Shown: one piece after another, positions 1-7,549 of the stretch | Layout of the letters: the number at the start of each line of letters is the position of its first letter | How positions within the stretch are numbered: the first letter of the stretch is position 1 | From: Candidatus Staskawiczbacteria bacterium RIFCSPLOWO2_01_FULL_38_12b | GTDB taxonomy: Bacteria > Patescibacteriota > Minisyncoccia > Minisyncoccales > Staskawiczbacteraceae | Length of the DNA stretch: 51,471 nucleotides | Reading direction: 5' to 3' | Assembly (NCBI GenBank): GCA_001820255.1 | Contig: MHPA01000016.1 | Span: 7,288 to 58,758, forward strand | The notes under the pieces: generated by a model | What the model saw: only the letters and a program-made list of their open reading frames with translations | Databases searched by the model: none | What the model was told of the DNA's origin: nothing | Program-made: the position numbers and the translations under genes

Positions 1-227
1 AAAATAAGGTAAGAATTATTTCTTAAGATGCGGTAATCAAAAAAACTGATTGCCAGCATGCATGCAAGTCCGACGGCAAAAAAAACAAGCTGTTTTTGGA
101 AATCCGAAAAATCATTTTTAGCCATGCCATAGCTATAGATTCCCACCAAACCAAAAACCGTTATCAAAACAACGGAACTTATCAAAATCCAATCCAGTTT
201 TTTAAGATGATTTGTATAAAAACCCAT
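1..227 (-). CDS. SEDS-family (FtsW/RodA/SpoVE) protein, N-terminal fragment; the gene continues past the left window edge
   Basis: Reverse translation from the ATG at 225-227 gives MGFYTNHLKKLDWILISSVVLITVFGLVGIYSYGMAKNDFSDFQKQLVFFAVGLACMLAISFFDYRILRNNSYL, open to the window edge. The LDW..L...GL..IYS and KQL...G pattern is typical of RodA/FtsW N-termini. It is absent from the ORF track because no stop lies in the window. Confidence 0.65.
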   Translation of the reverse strand, partial: MGFYTNHLKKLDWILISSVVLITVFGLVGIYSYGMAKNDFSDFQKQLVFFAVGLACMLAISFFDYRILRNNSYLI

Positions 228-230
228 GTA

Positions 231-2228
231 TCATGTTATTATGTTTAAAAATTCTTTTTCGCTGATGATGGCGACTTTAAGTTTTTGCGCTTTGGCTAAT
301 TTTGAACCGGGGTTTTTGCCTGCCACCAAAAAATCAGTATGGGCAGAAACCGACTCTGAAATGTTACCGCCCAGCGCCCTGACTTTTTCTTTGGCAAGAT
401 TACGGTCAATGGCATCCATGGTGCCGGTAAAAACAAACATTTTGCCCGATAACTTTCCTTGGGATAATTTTTTGGGATTTTTTATCACAATACCAACCTT
501 ATCAAATTTATCCAAAAGCCTGATATTGCCCTTATCATTAAACCACTGATGAACCGATGCTGCAACCACCGGACCGACATGCAACATTGATTCAAAATCA
601 GATAACGTGGCATGCTTTAATTTTTCCAAAGAGCCAAAATGCAAAGCCAGATCCGCCGCCGTTTCTTGGCCGATATTACGAATACCCAGTGCATACAAAA
701 ATTTTGCCAGGGTTATTTCTTTTTTTTGGGCAATTGATTCTATCAGGTTTGCCGCTGACTTTTCTGCAAACCGTTCTAAAACAGCAACATCTCCTTCTTT
801 TAATTCAAACATATCGGCAAGATCCAAAACTAACCCTTCATCTAATAATCGGTCAATAATTTTAGGGCCCAACCCTGCAATATCAAAAGCTCCCTTGGAA
901 ACAAAGTGGTAAAAGTTTCTGCGCTGGCGCGCAAAACATTTTTGATTGAGGCATCGCCACACCACGTCTTCCGCTGATTTTTGCAATGCGGTTTTACAGC
1001 TAGGACAAACCCGCGGCATGGTAAAACTTTTTTCCCGGCCGGTTCTTAATTCCGGCAGCACTTTTATGATATTGGGAATCACATCCCCTGCACGCCCCAC
1101 AATGACACTGTCGCCGATTTTTACGTCCAGCCTTTTTATTTCATCTTCGTTGTGCAATGTGGCTCGTGAAATAGTAATACCCGATAACGAAACCGGTTCT
1201 AAAACGGCTACCGGAGTAATGGCTCCAGTACGGCCCACTTGCAATCGTATATCTAAAATGTTAGTGGTAGTTTGATTTTGGGGAAATTTAAAAGCAATGG
1301 CGCCGCGGGGAGTTTTGCCCACTACTCCTAATGTTTCAAATAAAGCATGGTCATTAACCATAACCACCACGCCATCAATTTCATAGGGCAATTCATTGCG
1401 ATGCTTGCTCCAATATTGATGAAAAGAATATACTTGATCTAAAGATTTGCAGTACTTGTTATTATTATTTATCTTAAATCCCAGTTCTTGCAAGGCGATA
1501 TGTTTTTGCTGGTGGGTGTCAGTTTTATATCCGCCAATAATATCGTAAGCAAAAGAATCCAAGTTTCTGGAAGCGGTTATTTTAGGATCAAGCTGCCTTA
1601 CAGAACCGGCGGCGATATTTCTTGGATTGGCATATAAAGCCAAACCTTTTTCTTTTTGGATTTTATTTATCGCATTAAATTCTTTTTTAGAAATAAAAAC
1701 TTCCCCGCGCACCACCAAAGACGGAACTTTGGTGTGCAGGGCAAGGGGGATGGATTCCACCGTTTTGATATTTTGGGTAATATCTTCGCCAACCGAGCCA
1801 TCTCCCCGAGTGGATCCGGTTTTTAACAGGCCGTTTTCGTATTCAAGTTCAATGGCCAAGCCGTCTATTTTTAACTCGCAGTAAAAATCTATCTGATTTT
1901 TTTTTGCCGGGGGTAACAGTTTTAAAACCCTAGCGAGCCACTCTTGCATATCCTCTTTTGAAAAAGCGTCGTTTAACGAAAGCATTCTTTCCCGATGTGT
2001 CACTTTTTTAAATTCTTTAAGGGGCTGGCCTCCTATCCTTTGCGTAGGCGAATCAGAAGTAATAAATTCCGGAAATTGTTGCTCCAAATCAAAAAGCTCT
2101 TTTTTTAAAGAGTCCAGTGCCGCATCTGATATTTCTTGCTTATCCAATACGTGATACAGATATCGATGATGATTAATAAGATCCCGAAGTTTTTTTATCC
2201 TTTGGGAAATTTCATTTTTTTGAGCCAT
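231..2228 (-). CDS. ligA: NAD-dependent DNA ligase
   Basis: 665-aa ORF with the adenylation motif CELKIDG (KxDG), a four-Cys zinc finger (CPSC...C..KC), an HhH region and a C-terminal BRCT-like end (FVFTGTM...GGNISESVS). Confidence 0.95.
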   Translation of the reverse strand: MAQKNEISQRIKKLRDLINHHRYLYHVLDKQEISDAALDSLKKELFDLEQQFPEFITSDSPTQRIGGQPLKEFKKVTHRERMLSLNDAFSKEDMQEWLARVLKLLPPAKKNQIDFYCELKIDGLAIELEYENGLLKTGSTRGDGSVGEDITQNIKTVESIPLALHTKVPSLVVRGEVFISKKEFNAINKIQKEKGLALYANPRNIAAGSVRQLDPKITASRNLDSFAYDIIGGYKTDTHQQKHIALQELGFKINNNNKYCKSLDQVYSFHQYWSKHRNELPYEIDGVVVMVNDHALFETLGVVGKTPRGAIAFKFPQNQTTTNILDIRLQVGRTGAITPVAVLEPVSLSGITISRATLHNEDEIKRLDVKIGDSVIVGRAGDVIPNIIKVLPELRTGREKSFTMPRVCPSCKTALQKSAEDVVWRCLNQKCFARQRRNFYHFVSKGAFDIAGLGPKIIDRLLDEGLVLDLADMFELKEGDVAVLERFAEKSAANLIESIAQKKEITLAKFLYALGIRNIGQETAADLALHFGSLEKLKHATLSDFESMLHVGPVVAASVHQWFNDKGNIRLLDKFDKVGIVIKNPKKLSQGKLSGKMFVFTGTMDAIDRNLAKEKVRALGGNISESVSAHTDFLVAGKNPGSKLAKAQKLKVAIISEKEFLNIIT

Positions 2229-2229
2229 A

Positions 2230-2718
2230 TCAATCGGAATTTAATTCAATTTGCCTGACTAAATCCTGGTAAAGCCCTTTTGAATGGATTAAAAAATTTG
2301 AAACACTTTCAACAGTGGTTACTGTTGCATCCACCGTATAGGTTCTGCCGCCAAAAGCGGATTCATAGGTAATTTCACAATTTGTGCAATCATCAACTGC
2401 GCAACCGCTAGCAACCAGTGGCGTAGCCATGCAAATATTGCATTGGGTATCCGGATCAGTGCTAAGATTACTGCAGGCATCGCATAGATTGCACACCCCC
2501 CTATTTGCACCACCTACCAGTTGTTTTCTATCAAAATATAAGGTTTTTTCTATCCCGCTATCGGCAGCAAAAAATGAAGATATAGAGTTTCCTATACTGC
2601 CCAATGCTTTAATCTCATTAGATAATATCGTACTTATAGATAATATAATAGCAAGCATGATGGTCATGATAAAAAAAGAAATAATAACAGAAACCCCTTT
2701 TTGTGAATTATGATACAT
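2230..2718 (-). CDS. PilX-like minor pilin / pilus-associated Cys-rich membrane-anchored protein
   Basis: The N-terminus QKGVSVIISFFIMTIMLAIILSISTIL resembles a PilX_N-type hydrophobic anchor without the G|F cleavage motif. The exposed part has 10 Cys. It is the last gene of the pilus cluster. Confidence 0.5.
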   Translation of the reverse strand: MYHNSQKGVSVIISFFIMTIMLAIILSISTILSNEIKALGSIGNSISSFFAADSGIEKTLYFDRKQLVGGANRGVCNLCDACSNLSTDPDTQCNICMATPLVASGCAVDDCTNCEITYESAFGGRTYTVDATVTTVESVSNFLIHSKGLYQDLVRQIELNSD

Positions 2719-2800
2719 GTAAATTAATTTCTATTAAATATATAATGACTTAATTTCTAAACACCGACGACGGTTTTGAAAATTTGTTTTATTGATAATT

Positions 2801-2845
2801 GATTGAAAATTGTAAATTGAAAATTCTGCGCCGCATATGGCGCAG
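2801..2845 (+). repeat. GATTGAAAATTG...AAAATTCTGCGC element with GC hairpin (copy 1)
   Basis: GATTGAAAATTGTAAATTGAAAATTCTGCGCCGCATATGGCGCAG. The hairpin is CTGCGCC-GCATAT-GGCGCAG. Confidence 0.85.
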
Positions 2846-2848
2846 TTG

Positions 2849-3496
2849 CTATGGTATATTTAAGTTTCTTGCCGAAACCGTAGTTTGGATTATCTTTTGC
2901 TGCTGGCTTCCAGGGATATTGCTTGTCGCAGCCAATACAATAGTTACTCTTGGCTGGATTGCGTCGGCATCAGATGCAGTGCGCGCCGTTTTATCTCCGT
3001 TAATAATAAAATTGGCGTTGTTTATGGTATATTTAACCCCTCCTGACATAAAAGGAGAGATCGTAACCGGATCTTGCCCCCAATCAGAAACCTTTAGGGC
3101 ATTGTTTTCAAAATAAAATTCTGTCTGGCGGCTACTGTCCGATGAATTAATAAATTTTATACCACTACAAGCTTCAGTGACGCCATTATCACAGTGTGTA
3201 AGCACATACATATTACCCTGACCTAAAAACCCGCCAACCACAGTATCTTTTTCGGCGGTCCTGATGGCCTTTGACATATATTCCATGGCGTAACTGGCCT
3301 GATTTAATATTTCCTGCTGTTGCAACATTCTTTTTTGATGCTGCACCATTGAAAGGAAAATACCTGCCAAAACGCCGATAACAATTAAAAATATCGACAA
3401 CACCACTATCATTTCTATGATAGTAAATCCTTTCTGCTTTATGGAACATGGAACATGGAACATGGAACAAATTACACTTTTTGGATAGTACTCCAT
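2849..3496 (-). CDS. Prepilin-type N-terminal cleavage/methylation domain protein (pseudopilin)
   Basis: Class III signal motif KQKGFTIIEMIVVLSIFLIVIGVL. The first 11 codons are encoded by the (ATGGAAC)4 repeat, so the real start may be the Met at 3463. Confidence 0.8.
   Translation of the reverse strand: MEYYPKSVICSMFHVPCSIKQKGFTIIEMIVVLSIFLIVIGVLAGIFLSMVQHQKRMLQQQEILNQASYAMEYMSKAIRTAEKDTVVGGFLGQGNMYVLTHCDNGVTEACSGIKFINSSDSSRQTEFYFENNALKVSDWGQDPVTISPFMSGGVKYTINNANFIINGDKTARTASDADAIQPRVTIVLAATSNIPGSQQQKIIQTTVSARNLNIP
3441..3468. repeat. Tandem heptamer (ATGGAAC)x4
   Basis: Perfect 4 x 7 nt. On the minus strand it reads (GTTCCAT)4 and is translated as MFHVPCS at the start of the pseudopilin ORF. 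Confidence 0.95.
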
Positions 3497-3552
3497 AACA
3501 TTTTACCGATCTCTTCACTTAATAATATTGCCTTTTTGTAGTCGGTCTCCAT

Positions 3553-3711
3553 TAGACCTGTTGCGAAATAAGAATCTACTGCAAATTCCATATTTTTGCC
3601 AAAAATTTGCAATAATTTTCAAACTTAGCGAAGCTAAATTTTAAAATTCTATCAAATTTTTGGCTAAAAATCTGAAATTTTCGTTGCGATTCTTATTTCG
3701 CAACAGGTCTA
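3553..3711. repeat. Long imperfect hairpin A (arms TAGACCTGTTGCGAAATAAGAATC / GATTCTTATTTCGCAACAGGTCTA)
   Basis: 24-nt perfect terminal inverted repeat at 3553-3576 and 3688-3711. Inner arms GCCAAAAATTTGCAATAATTTT / AAAATTCTATCAAATTTTTGGC, apex TTAGC-GAA-GCTAA. It contains the 3' end of the four-helix-bundle ORF. Confidence 0.9.
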
Positions 3712-3979
3712 TTAAATAATTTTCTTTTAAGGAAAAATGCAAAAGATACTTTGCTTCTTTTAAGGAACCATAAGAAATTTCTAAGAAGTTCCTATACACC
3801 TTACTTTTTATTCTGGCATAACCCTCTATATAATTTAATATCACAGAAAGCGCAGATCTTCTTAATTGAGAAGTGACCCCATATAGTTCGTCTTTAGGGA
3901 AATTCTTACTAATTCTATAAACCAAATGAACAAATTCATCCATCTTAATCTTTAAATTTTCGTGAAATCGTTGTTCCAT
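3641..3979 (-). CDS. Four-helix-bundle protein (23S rRNA intervening-sequence protein family)
   Basis: 112 aa. The stretch LYGVTSQLRRSALSVILNYIEGYARIKSKVYRNFLEISYGSLKEAKYLLHFS matches the family signature (Q.rRa..Si..NiaEG......f..fl.ia.GS..E....l). Its last ~23 codons lie inside long hairpin A. Confidence 0.8.
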   Translation of the reverse strand: MEQRFHENLKIKMDEFVHLVYRISKNFPKDELYGVTSQLRRSALSVILNYIEGYARIKSKVYRNFLEISYGSLKEAKYLLHFSLKENYLIDLLRNKNRNENFRFLAKNLIEF

Positions 3980-3980
3980 G

Positions 3981-4001
3981 TTATGTGTTTTATGTTATGT
4001 G
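3981..4001. repeat. Tandem heptamer (TTATGTG-like)x3, reading (CACATAA)n on the minus strand
   Basis: TTATGTG TTTTATG TTATGTG, immediately upstream of the four-helix-bundle ORF start. Confidence 0.9.
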
Positions 4002-4004
4002 ACA

Positions 4005-4538
4005 CTAGTACCAATTGTACAAATATTCGGCAGTATTAAAACTATATGACTGGCTATTGTAGCTCCATGTCACCAATACGTCCACATACAATACATCATC
4101 TGTTCCTGATACCGGACTTATAGTAATTTCTCTTTTGAATATTGTGGGGGTGCTTCCTACGTCATGGTCATAAAGACCGTCGCCATTTAACCCTAAAAAA
4201 CTACCATCATAGGGAACCAACAAAGAAGCAGTTTGGGTTTTATAGTCTGCCATGCATCCTGCAATACAACCCACAAGTCCGTCAGACCACGAAAAAGTGG
4301 GATTTTGGGAAATGGTAATAAAATTATTATCCCTTAGATTTCTTATTATTTCCACTCCTTCCTGAGCCAAATAAGCTGCGGTAAAACGGTTGGAAATAAT
4401 ATAGCTTGAACTCACCAGCCAAAAAAAGGCCTGGTAAACTAACATGACCCCAAAGGACAGGATTGAAATGGTAATGATCATTTCAATTAACGTAAACCCA
4501 GCCGCCTTTTTTTGTTTTTTAAATAAATTTTTCATCAT
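4005..4538 (-). CDS. Prepilin-type N-terminal cleavage/methylation domain protein (pseudopilin)
   Basis: KKAAGFTLIEMIITISILSFGVMLVY class III signal peptide, followed by a 177-aa beta-rich tail. Confidence 0.8.
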   Translation of the reverse strand: MMKNLFKKQKKAAGFTLIEMIITISILSFGVMLVYQAFFWLVSSSYIISNRFTAAYLAQEGVEIIRNLRDNNFITISQNPTFSWSDGLVGCIAGCMADYKTQTASLLVPYDGSFLGLNGDGLYDHDVGSTPTIFKREITISPVSGTDDVLYVDVLVTWSYNSQSYSFNTAEYLYNWY

Positions 4539-4545
4539 GGTTTAT

Positions 4546-4706
4546 TAGACTTGTCCCTAAATAAAATTCGGAGCGAAAATTCAAGATTTCGGAGCGGCAA
4601 ATGTGATAGAATTTTTAGATTTAGCTTTAGCTAAGTCTAAAAATTATGGCACATTTGCCGCCGAAAGGTTGAATTTGCAGCCGAATTTTATTTAGGGACA
4701 AGTCTA
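4546..4706. repeat. Long hairpin B (arms TAGACTTGTCCCTAAATAAAATTCGG / CCGAATTTTATTTAGGGACAAGTCTA)
   Basis: 26-nt perfect inverted repeat filling the whole spacer between two pseudopilin genes. The core GATAGAATTTTTAGATTTAGCTTTAGCTAAGTCTAAAAATTATGGCA is related to the core of A, in opposite orientation. Confidence 0.9.
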
Positions 4707-5321
4707 TTGAACCTCTGCTAAACCCGCATTATTTACGTAGGCATTTTTAGTTTGTGTCGGATCAATTTCAGATTGGAAAGTAATAGTTAGTTCAAGTAAT
4801 CCATCAGGGCAATCCGGGTCGGGATCCCCCGCACAATCCGATGTCCATAGGATTTTTGTCAGCGGAATCGGAGGCAAAAAATCAACAGACGCCTTATCAA
4901 CACTATCTAAATTGCTCATTACCACCCCTGGCTCAAGATTAACCGTTTCTACCACATAATCCGTGATTGATCCGTCATAAAAACGATTCCCATCAACGTC
5001 AGCATACATGACATATTGTTTTGGATTTGCCAGATCAACATACACTCCATACCCTTCTACCTGATGCAAAACACCTTCAGAGTCCCTGTATTGGCTAGTC
5101 GATAGGGCCATGCCTTGCACCCTTCTTATATCCTGCGCAAATTTATAGGCAGTCCTGGAAAGAGCAAATTGTGATCGGGTTTTGGTAAAATTTGAAATTA
5201 AAATAACTAAAAGCATTGAAGTAACCGCAACCACGACTATTAATTCAACCAGAGTAAATCCAGCATCACTTTCGTCAAACAATCGAAATTTAGTTATTAA
5301 CGTATTGTTACGATTGAACAT
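4704..5321 (-). CDS. Prepilin-type N-terminal cleavage/methylation domain protein (pseudopilin)
   Basis: DAGFTLVELIVVVAVTSMLLVILISNF motif. The track ORF extends to 5465, but that extension runs into hairpin D. The Met at 5321 (MFNRNNTLITKFRLFDESDAGFTLVE) gives a normal leader. Confidence 0.75.
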   Translation of the reverse strand: MFNRNNTLITKFRLFDESDAGFTLVELIVVVAVTSMLLVILISNFTKTRSQFALSRTAYKFAQDIRRVQGMALSTSQYRDSEGVLHQVEGYGVYVDLANPKQYVMYADVDGNRFYDGSITDYVVETVNLEPGVVMSNLDSVDKASVDFLPPIPLTKILWTSDCAGDPDPDCPDGLLELTITFQSEIDPTQTKNAYVNNAGLAEVQ

Positions 5322-5349
5322 AATAGGCTCACTGATTAAACCTTTATTA

Positions 5350-5553
5350 AGGCCTCGTCCACAAATAACATCCACCTTTTCATCCAATTTGTGCACCATC
5401 TGCGTCCCAAAAAATAGCATGCGTAGCCTTACTACGCCTCCTATTTTTTTGAACACATCTGGCACACATCTTAGTAGGGACGCGAGGCATAATTTGTAGC
5501 AACAAATTCGCCCCGTCCTCGAAAAGCCTGGATGTTATTTGTGGACGAGGCCT
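5350..5553. repeat. Long hairpin D (arms AGGCCTCGTCCACAAATAACATCCA / TGGATGTTATTTGTGGACGAGGCCT)
   Basis: 25-nt perfect inverted repeat between a pseudopilin gene and pilD. The apex contains GCGTAG-CCTTA-CTACGC. Confidence 0.9.
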
Positions 5554-6376
5554 AAAACACCAAAAAATGCGTATACCAAAAAATTATCTGGTCGCCAAAA
5601 AACATTGCCAAAAATGTTCCTAAAATGAGAAACGGAGCAAATGGCAGTTCGCTTTTTAATCCCTTTTTGCCAAAAAACATCAACCCTAACCCTATTATAG
5701 CACCAAAAAAGAAAGACAAAAATAGACCCGCCAAAATATTGGGAAACCCCAGCACCAGGCCCAGTAAGATTGCCAATTTTACGTCGCCAAAACCCATCCA
5801 GCGACCCTTGGATATTAAATAAATAGAAAGAAAGAAGCCAGAGGCAATTAAGGCAGCTAAAAGAAAATTTCCAATACCTAATACCCAATTTCCAATGAAA
5901 ACACTATAAAGCAAACGAAAAATAAAAGTAATTGCTATTGCCGGGAATAAAACCTTGTCGGGGATTAAGTAAAATTTTAAATCATAGACAAATATAACTA
6001 TTAAAACCGAGGCGATATACCATAAGAATAATAGATCAATAACATTTAAAAATTGAAAAATTTCAAATTGATTGATGATTGAAAATTGAAAATTGAAAAT
6101 TAGCAAAAATATCAATCCGGTCGCCACTTCCACCGCCGGATATTGCCATGATATTTTTTTATGGCAATAACGGCAACTTCCTTGTAAAAAAAGATAACTT
6201 ACCACCGGAATCAAATCCAGCCACATTAATTGATGGCGGCACCGGGGGCAATACGATCTGCCTTTTACGAAACCTTCGTCTTTTTCTAATCGTAAAATCA
6301 CCACATTCAAAAAACTGCCGATACAAAGACCGATCAAGAATACAAGAAAAGAAAAAGTAGTATTGACTTCTATCAT
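5552..6376 (-). CDS. pilD: Prepilin peptidase / N-methyltransferase (A24 family)
   Basis: N-terminal CPRCRHQL...CRYCHKKISWQYP zinc-ribbon motif, eight hydrophobic segments, and FGDVKLAILLG / GAIIG aspartyl-protease motifs. Confidence 0.9.
   Translation of the reverse strand: MIEVNTTFSFLVFLIGLCIGSFLNVVILRLEKDEGFVKGRSYCPRCRHQLMWLDLIPVVSYLFLQGSCRYCHKKISWQYPAVEVATGLIFLLIFNFQFSIINQFEIFQFLNVIDLLFLWYIASVLIVIFVYDLKFYLIPDKVLFPAIAITFIFRLLYSVFIGNWVLGIGNFLLAALIASGFFLSIYLISKGRWMGFGDVKLAILLGLVLGFPNILAGLFLSFFFGAIIGLGLMFFGKKGLKSELPFAPFLILGTFLAMFFGDQIIFWYTHFLVF
6080..6100. repeat. Tandem heptamer (TGAAAAT)x3 inside the pilD coding sequence
   Basis: Perfect 3 x 7 nt within an AT-rich low-complexity tract at 6048-6103. 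It is translated on the minus strand as FNFQFSIINQFEIFQF. Confidence 0.9.
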
Positions 6377-6444
6377 TCAGTTATTTTACCACAAAATCTC
6401 AGAGGGAAAAAATGACCTATTTCGGTCAGATAGTTATATGATTT

Positions 6445-6529
6445 GACACGCGATAGCGAATGTCGCCCCCTGATAAAAACCAAACCTAAAATATCGACAA
6501 TGCTCTTGTACAAGCGGTAGCGTTCACAA
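6445..6529 (+). repeat. Two copies of a small hairpin motif (TGT.C.AG.G.TAGCG...ACA) downstream of the PaaX-like gene
   Basis: GACACGCGATAGCGAATGTC (6445-6464) and TTGTACAAGCGGTAGCGTTCACAA (6506-6529). Confidence 0.7.
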
Positions 6530-6548
6530 CGGTATAACTTATTGAAAT

Positions 6549-7064
6549 TTATAAATCAAAATGGTTTTTCAACCTAACGTCATCATAGATATTATCTGCA
6601 ATAATAATATTAACAAAATCACCTATGTCGAAAAACTCGGATAAAAAATGGACCTCCTTCTCGCATGGGTAGGGGCATACAAAAACACTTTTTTGTAATT
6701 GGTAAAAGTTTAATTCTTGTAATTTTTGCCTTAAGGCATCTCTTCCATTTTTCTTTTTTTCCGGAATATCAAAAGCCACTATACGCCACTTTTTATCCCA
6801 AACTTTCTGTTTTGTAATCTCTAGCTTTTCAATATTAATTTCTTTAATTTTTCTTTTTCCCTTCTTTGTGAGTTGTATAATAAATTTACCATCTTCTTTC
6901 TCCTGTAAAATAATCAGTTTATTTTCTCTTAATCTTCTTAGAGATTTCACTATTTTTTGCTCATTAGTTTTGTTTTTACTATATTTTTTATTTTTGATAA
7001 TCGCCCTCGCTATATTTATTAAAAAATAAGGCGATGTAGATGCAACAACCACCATACCAGCCAA
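6549..7064 (-). CDS. PaaX-like winged-helix plus Cas2-fold domain protein (putative regulator)
   Basis: WDKKWRIVAFDIPEKKKNGRDALRQKLQELNFYQLQKSVFVCPYPCEKEV resembles the Cas2-like/PaaX middle domain. It is preceded by a wHTH-like KSLRRLRENKLIILQEK segment. A hydrophobic N-terminus may start further upstream at a non-ATG codon (the in-frame stop is at about 7107). Confidence 0.45.
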   Translation of the reverse strand: MAGMVVVASTSPYFLINIARAIIKNKKYSKNKTNEQKIVKSLRRLRENKLIILQEKEDGKFIIQLTKKGKRKIKEINIEKLEITKQKVWDKKWRIVAFDIPEKKKNGRDALRQKLQELNFYQLQKSVFVCPYPCEKEVHFLSEFFDIGDFVNIIIADNIYDDVRLKNHFDL

Positions 7065-7135
7065 AGCGATAGTGAGAAGAATTTCTTTAGTTATTGTATC
7101 TTTCTTTCATTGCCATAGTATAACATAAGACTAAC

Positions 7136-7273
7136 CTTGTGCAAGCGATAGCGCCTACAAGAACAACAACTAAAAAAAGAAACCCTCAAAGTTTTAGCTT
7201 GGCTTAGAATGACACTACCCCTGCCCGTAGTATCATGCAAAAATACTCTTGTGCCAGTGATAGCGTTCACAGA
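7136..7273 (+). repeat. Two further copies of the same hairpin motif upstream of the PaaX-like gene
   Basis: CTTGTGCAAGCGATAGCGCCTACAAG (7136-7161) and CTCTTGTGCCAGTGATAGCGTTCACAGAG (7246-7273). The copies at 6506 and 7246 share CTCTTGT.C.AG.G.TAGCGTTCACA. Confidence 0.75.
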
Positions 7274-7319
7274 GTTAACAAGTAATGTTTAATGCCAAAA
7301 AAGAATACTATCATTTCAG

Positions 7320-7350
7320 AGGCTTTGGAGGGTCCGACCCTCCAAAGCCT
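7320..7350. repeat. Perfect 15-nt-arm palindrome
   Basis: AGGCTTTGGAGGGTC-C-GACCCTCCAAAGCCT. Confidence 0.9.
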
Positions 7351-7457
7351 ATTATTATAATTTTTGGAACAAAAAATGGCGTCAGTCCATAAAGTGTCAG
7401 TCCATAAAGCAAAATAAATAAAATAAAGCCTGCTGCTTATTTTATTGCCCGCTTATC

Positions 7458-7499
7458 AATAACAAAACAACAGGTTTTGACACCTGTTGTTTTGTTATT
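7458..7499 (-). terminator. Probable terminator hairpin after the major-pilin gene
   Basis: AATAACAAAACAACAGGT (7458-7475) pairs with ACCTGTTGTTTTGTTATT (7482-7499), an 18-bp perfect stem. The 3' arm on the minus strand is U-rich. It lies 51 nt downstream of the pilin stop. Confidence 0.55.
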
Positions 7500-7549
7500 A
7501 CATAACGACCAATCCCGTTTCTCATTAAAAAATAATCCCAACAAACTAA

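Noticed and set aside
226-2228. Plus-strand ORFs antisense to ligA (226-549, 557-859, 607-912, 946-1275, 1627-1884), and similar antisense ORFs inside pilB, pilT, nrdA, recG, valS and the membrane subunits
   Set aside because: They have low-complexity, motif-free translations and lie wholly inside long ORFs with unmistakable family motifs on the other strand.
5322-5465. Upstream extension of the pseudopilin ORF 4704-5465
   Set aside because: It would put 67 residues before the G|FTLVE cleavage motif, and it is encoded by hairpin D. A start at 5321 gives a typical short prepilin leader.
7382-7409. Direct repeat GTCAGTCCATAAAG x2, and the four hairpin motifs near a Cas2-fold gene, considered as a possible CRISPR array
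   Set aside because: There are only two adjacent 14-nt copies with no spacers. The four hairpin motifs are irregularly spaced (61 and 110 nt, on both sides of the gene) and too short. No cas1 or effector genes are present.
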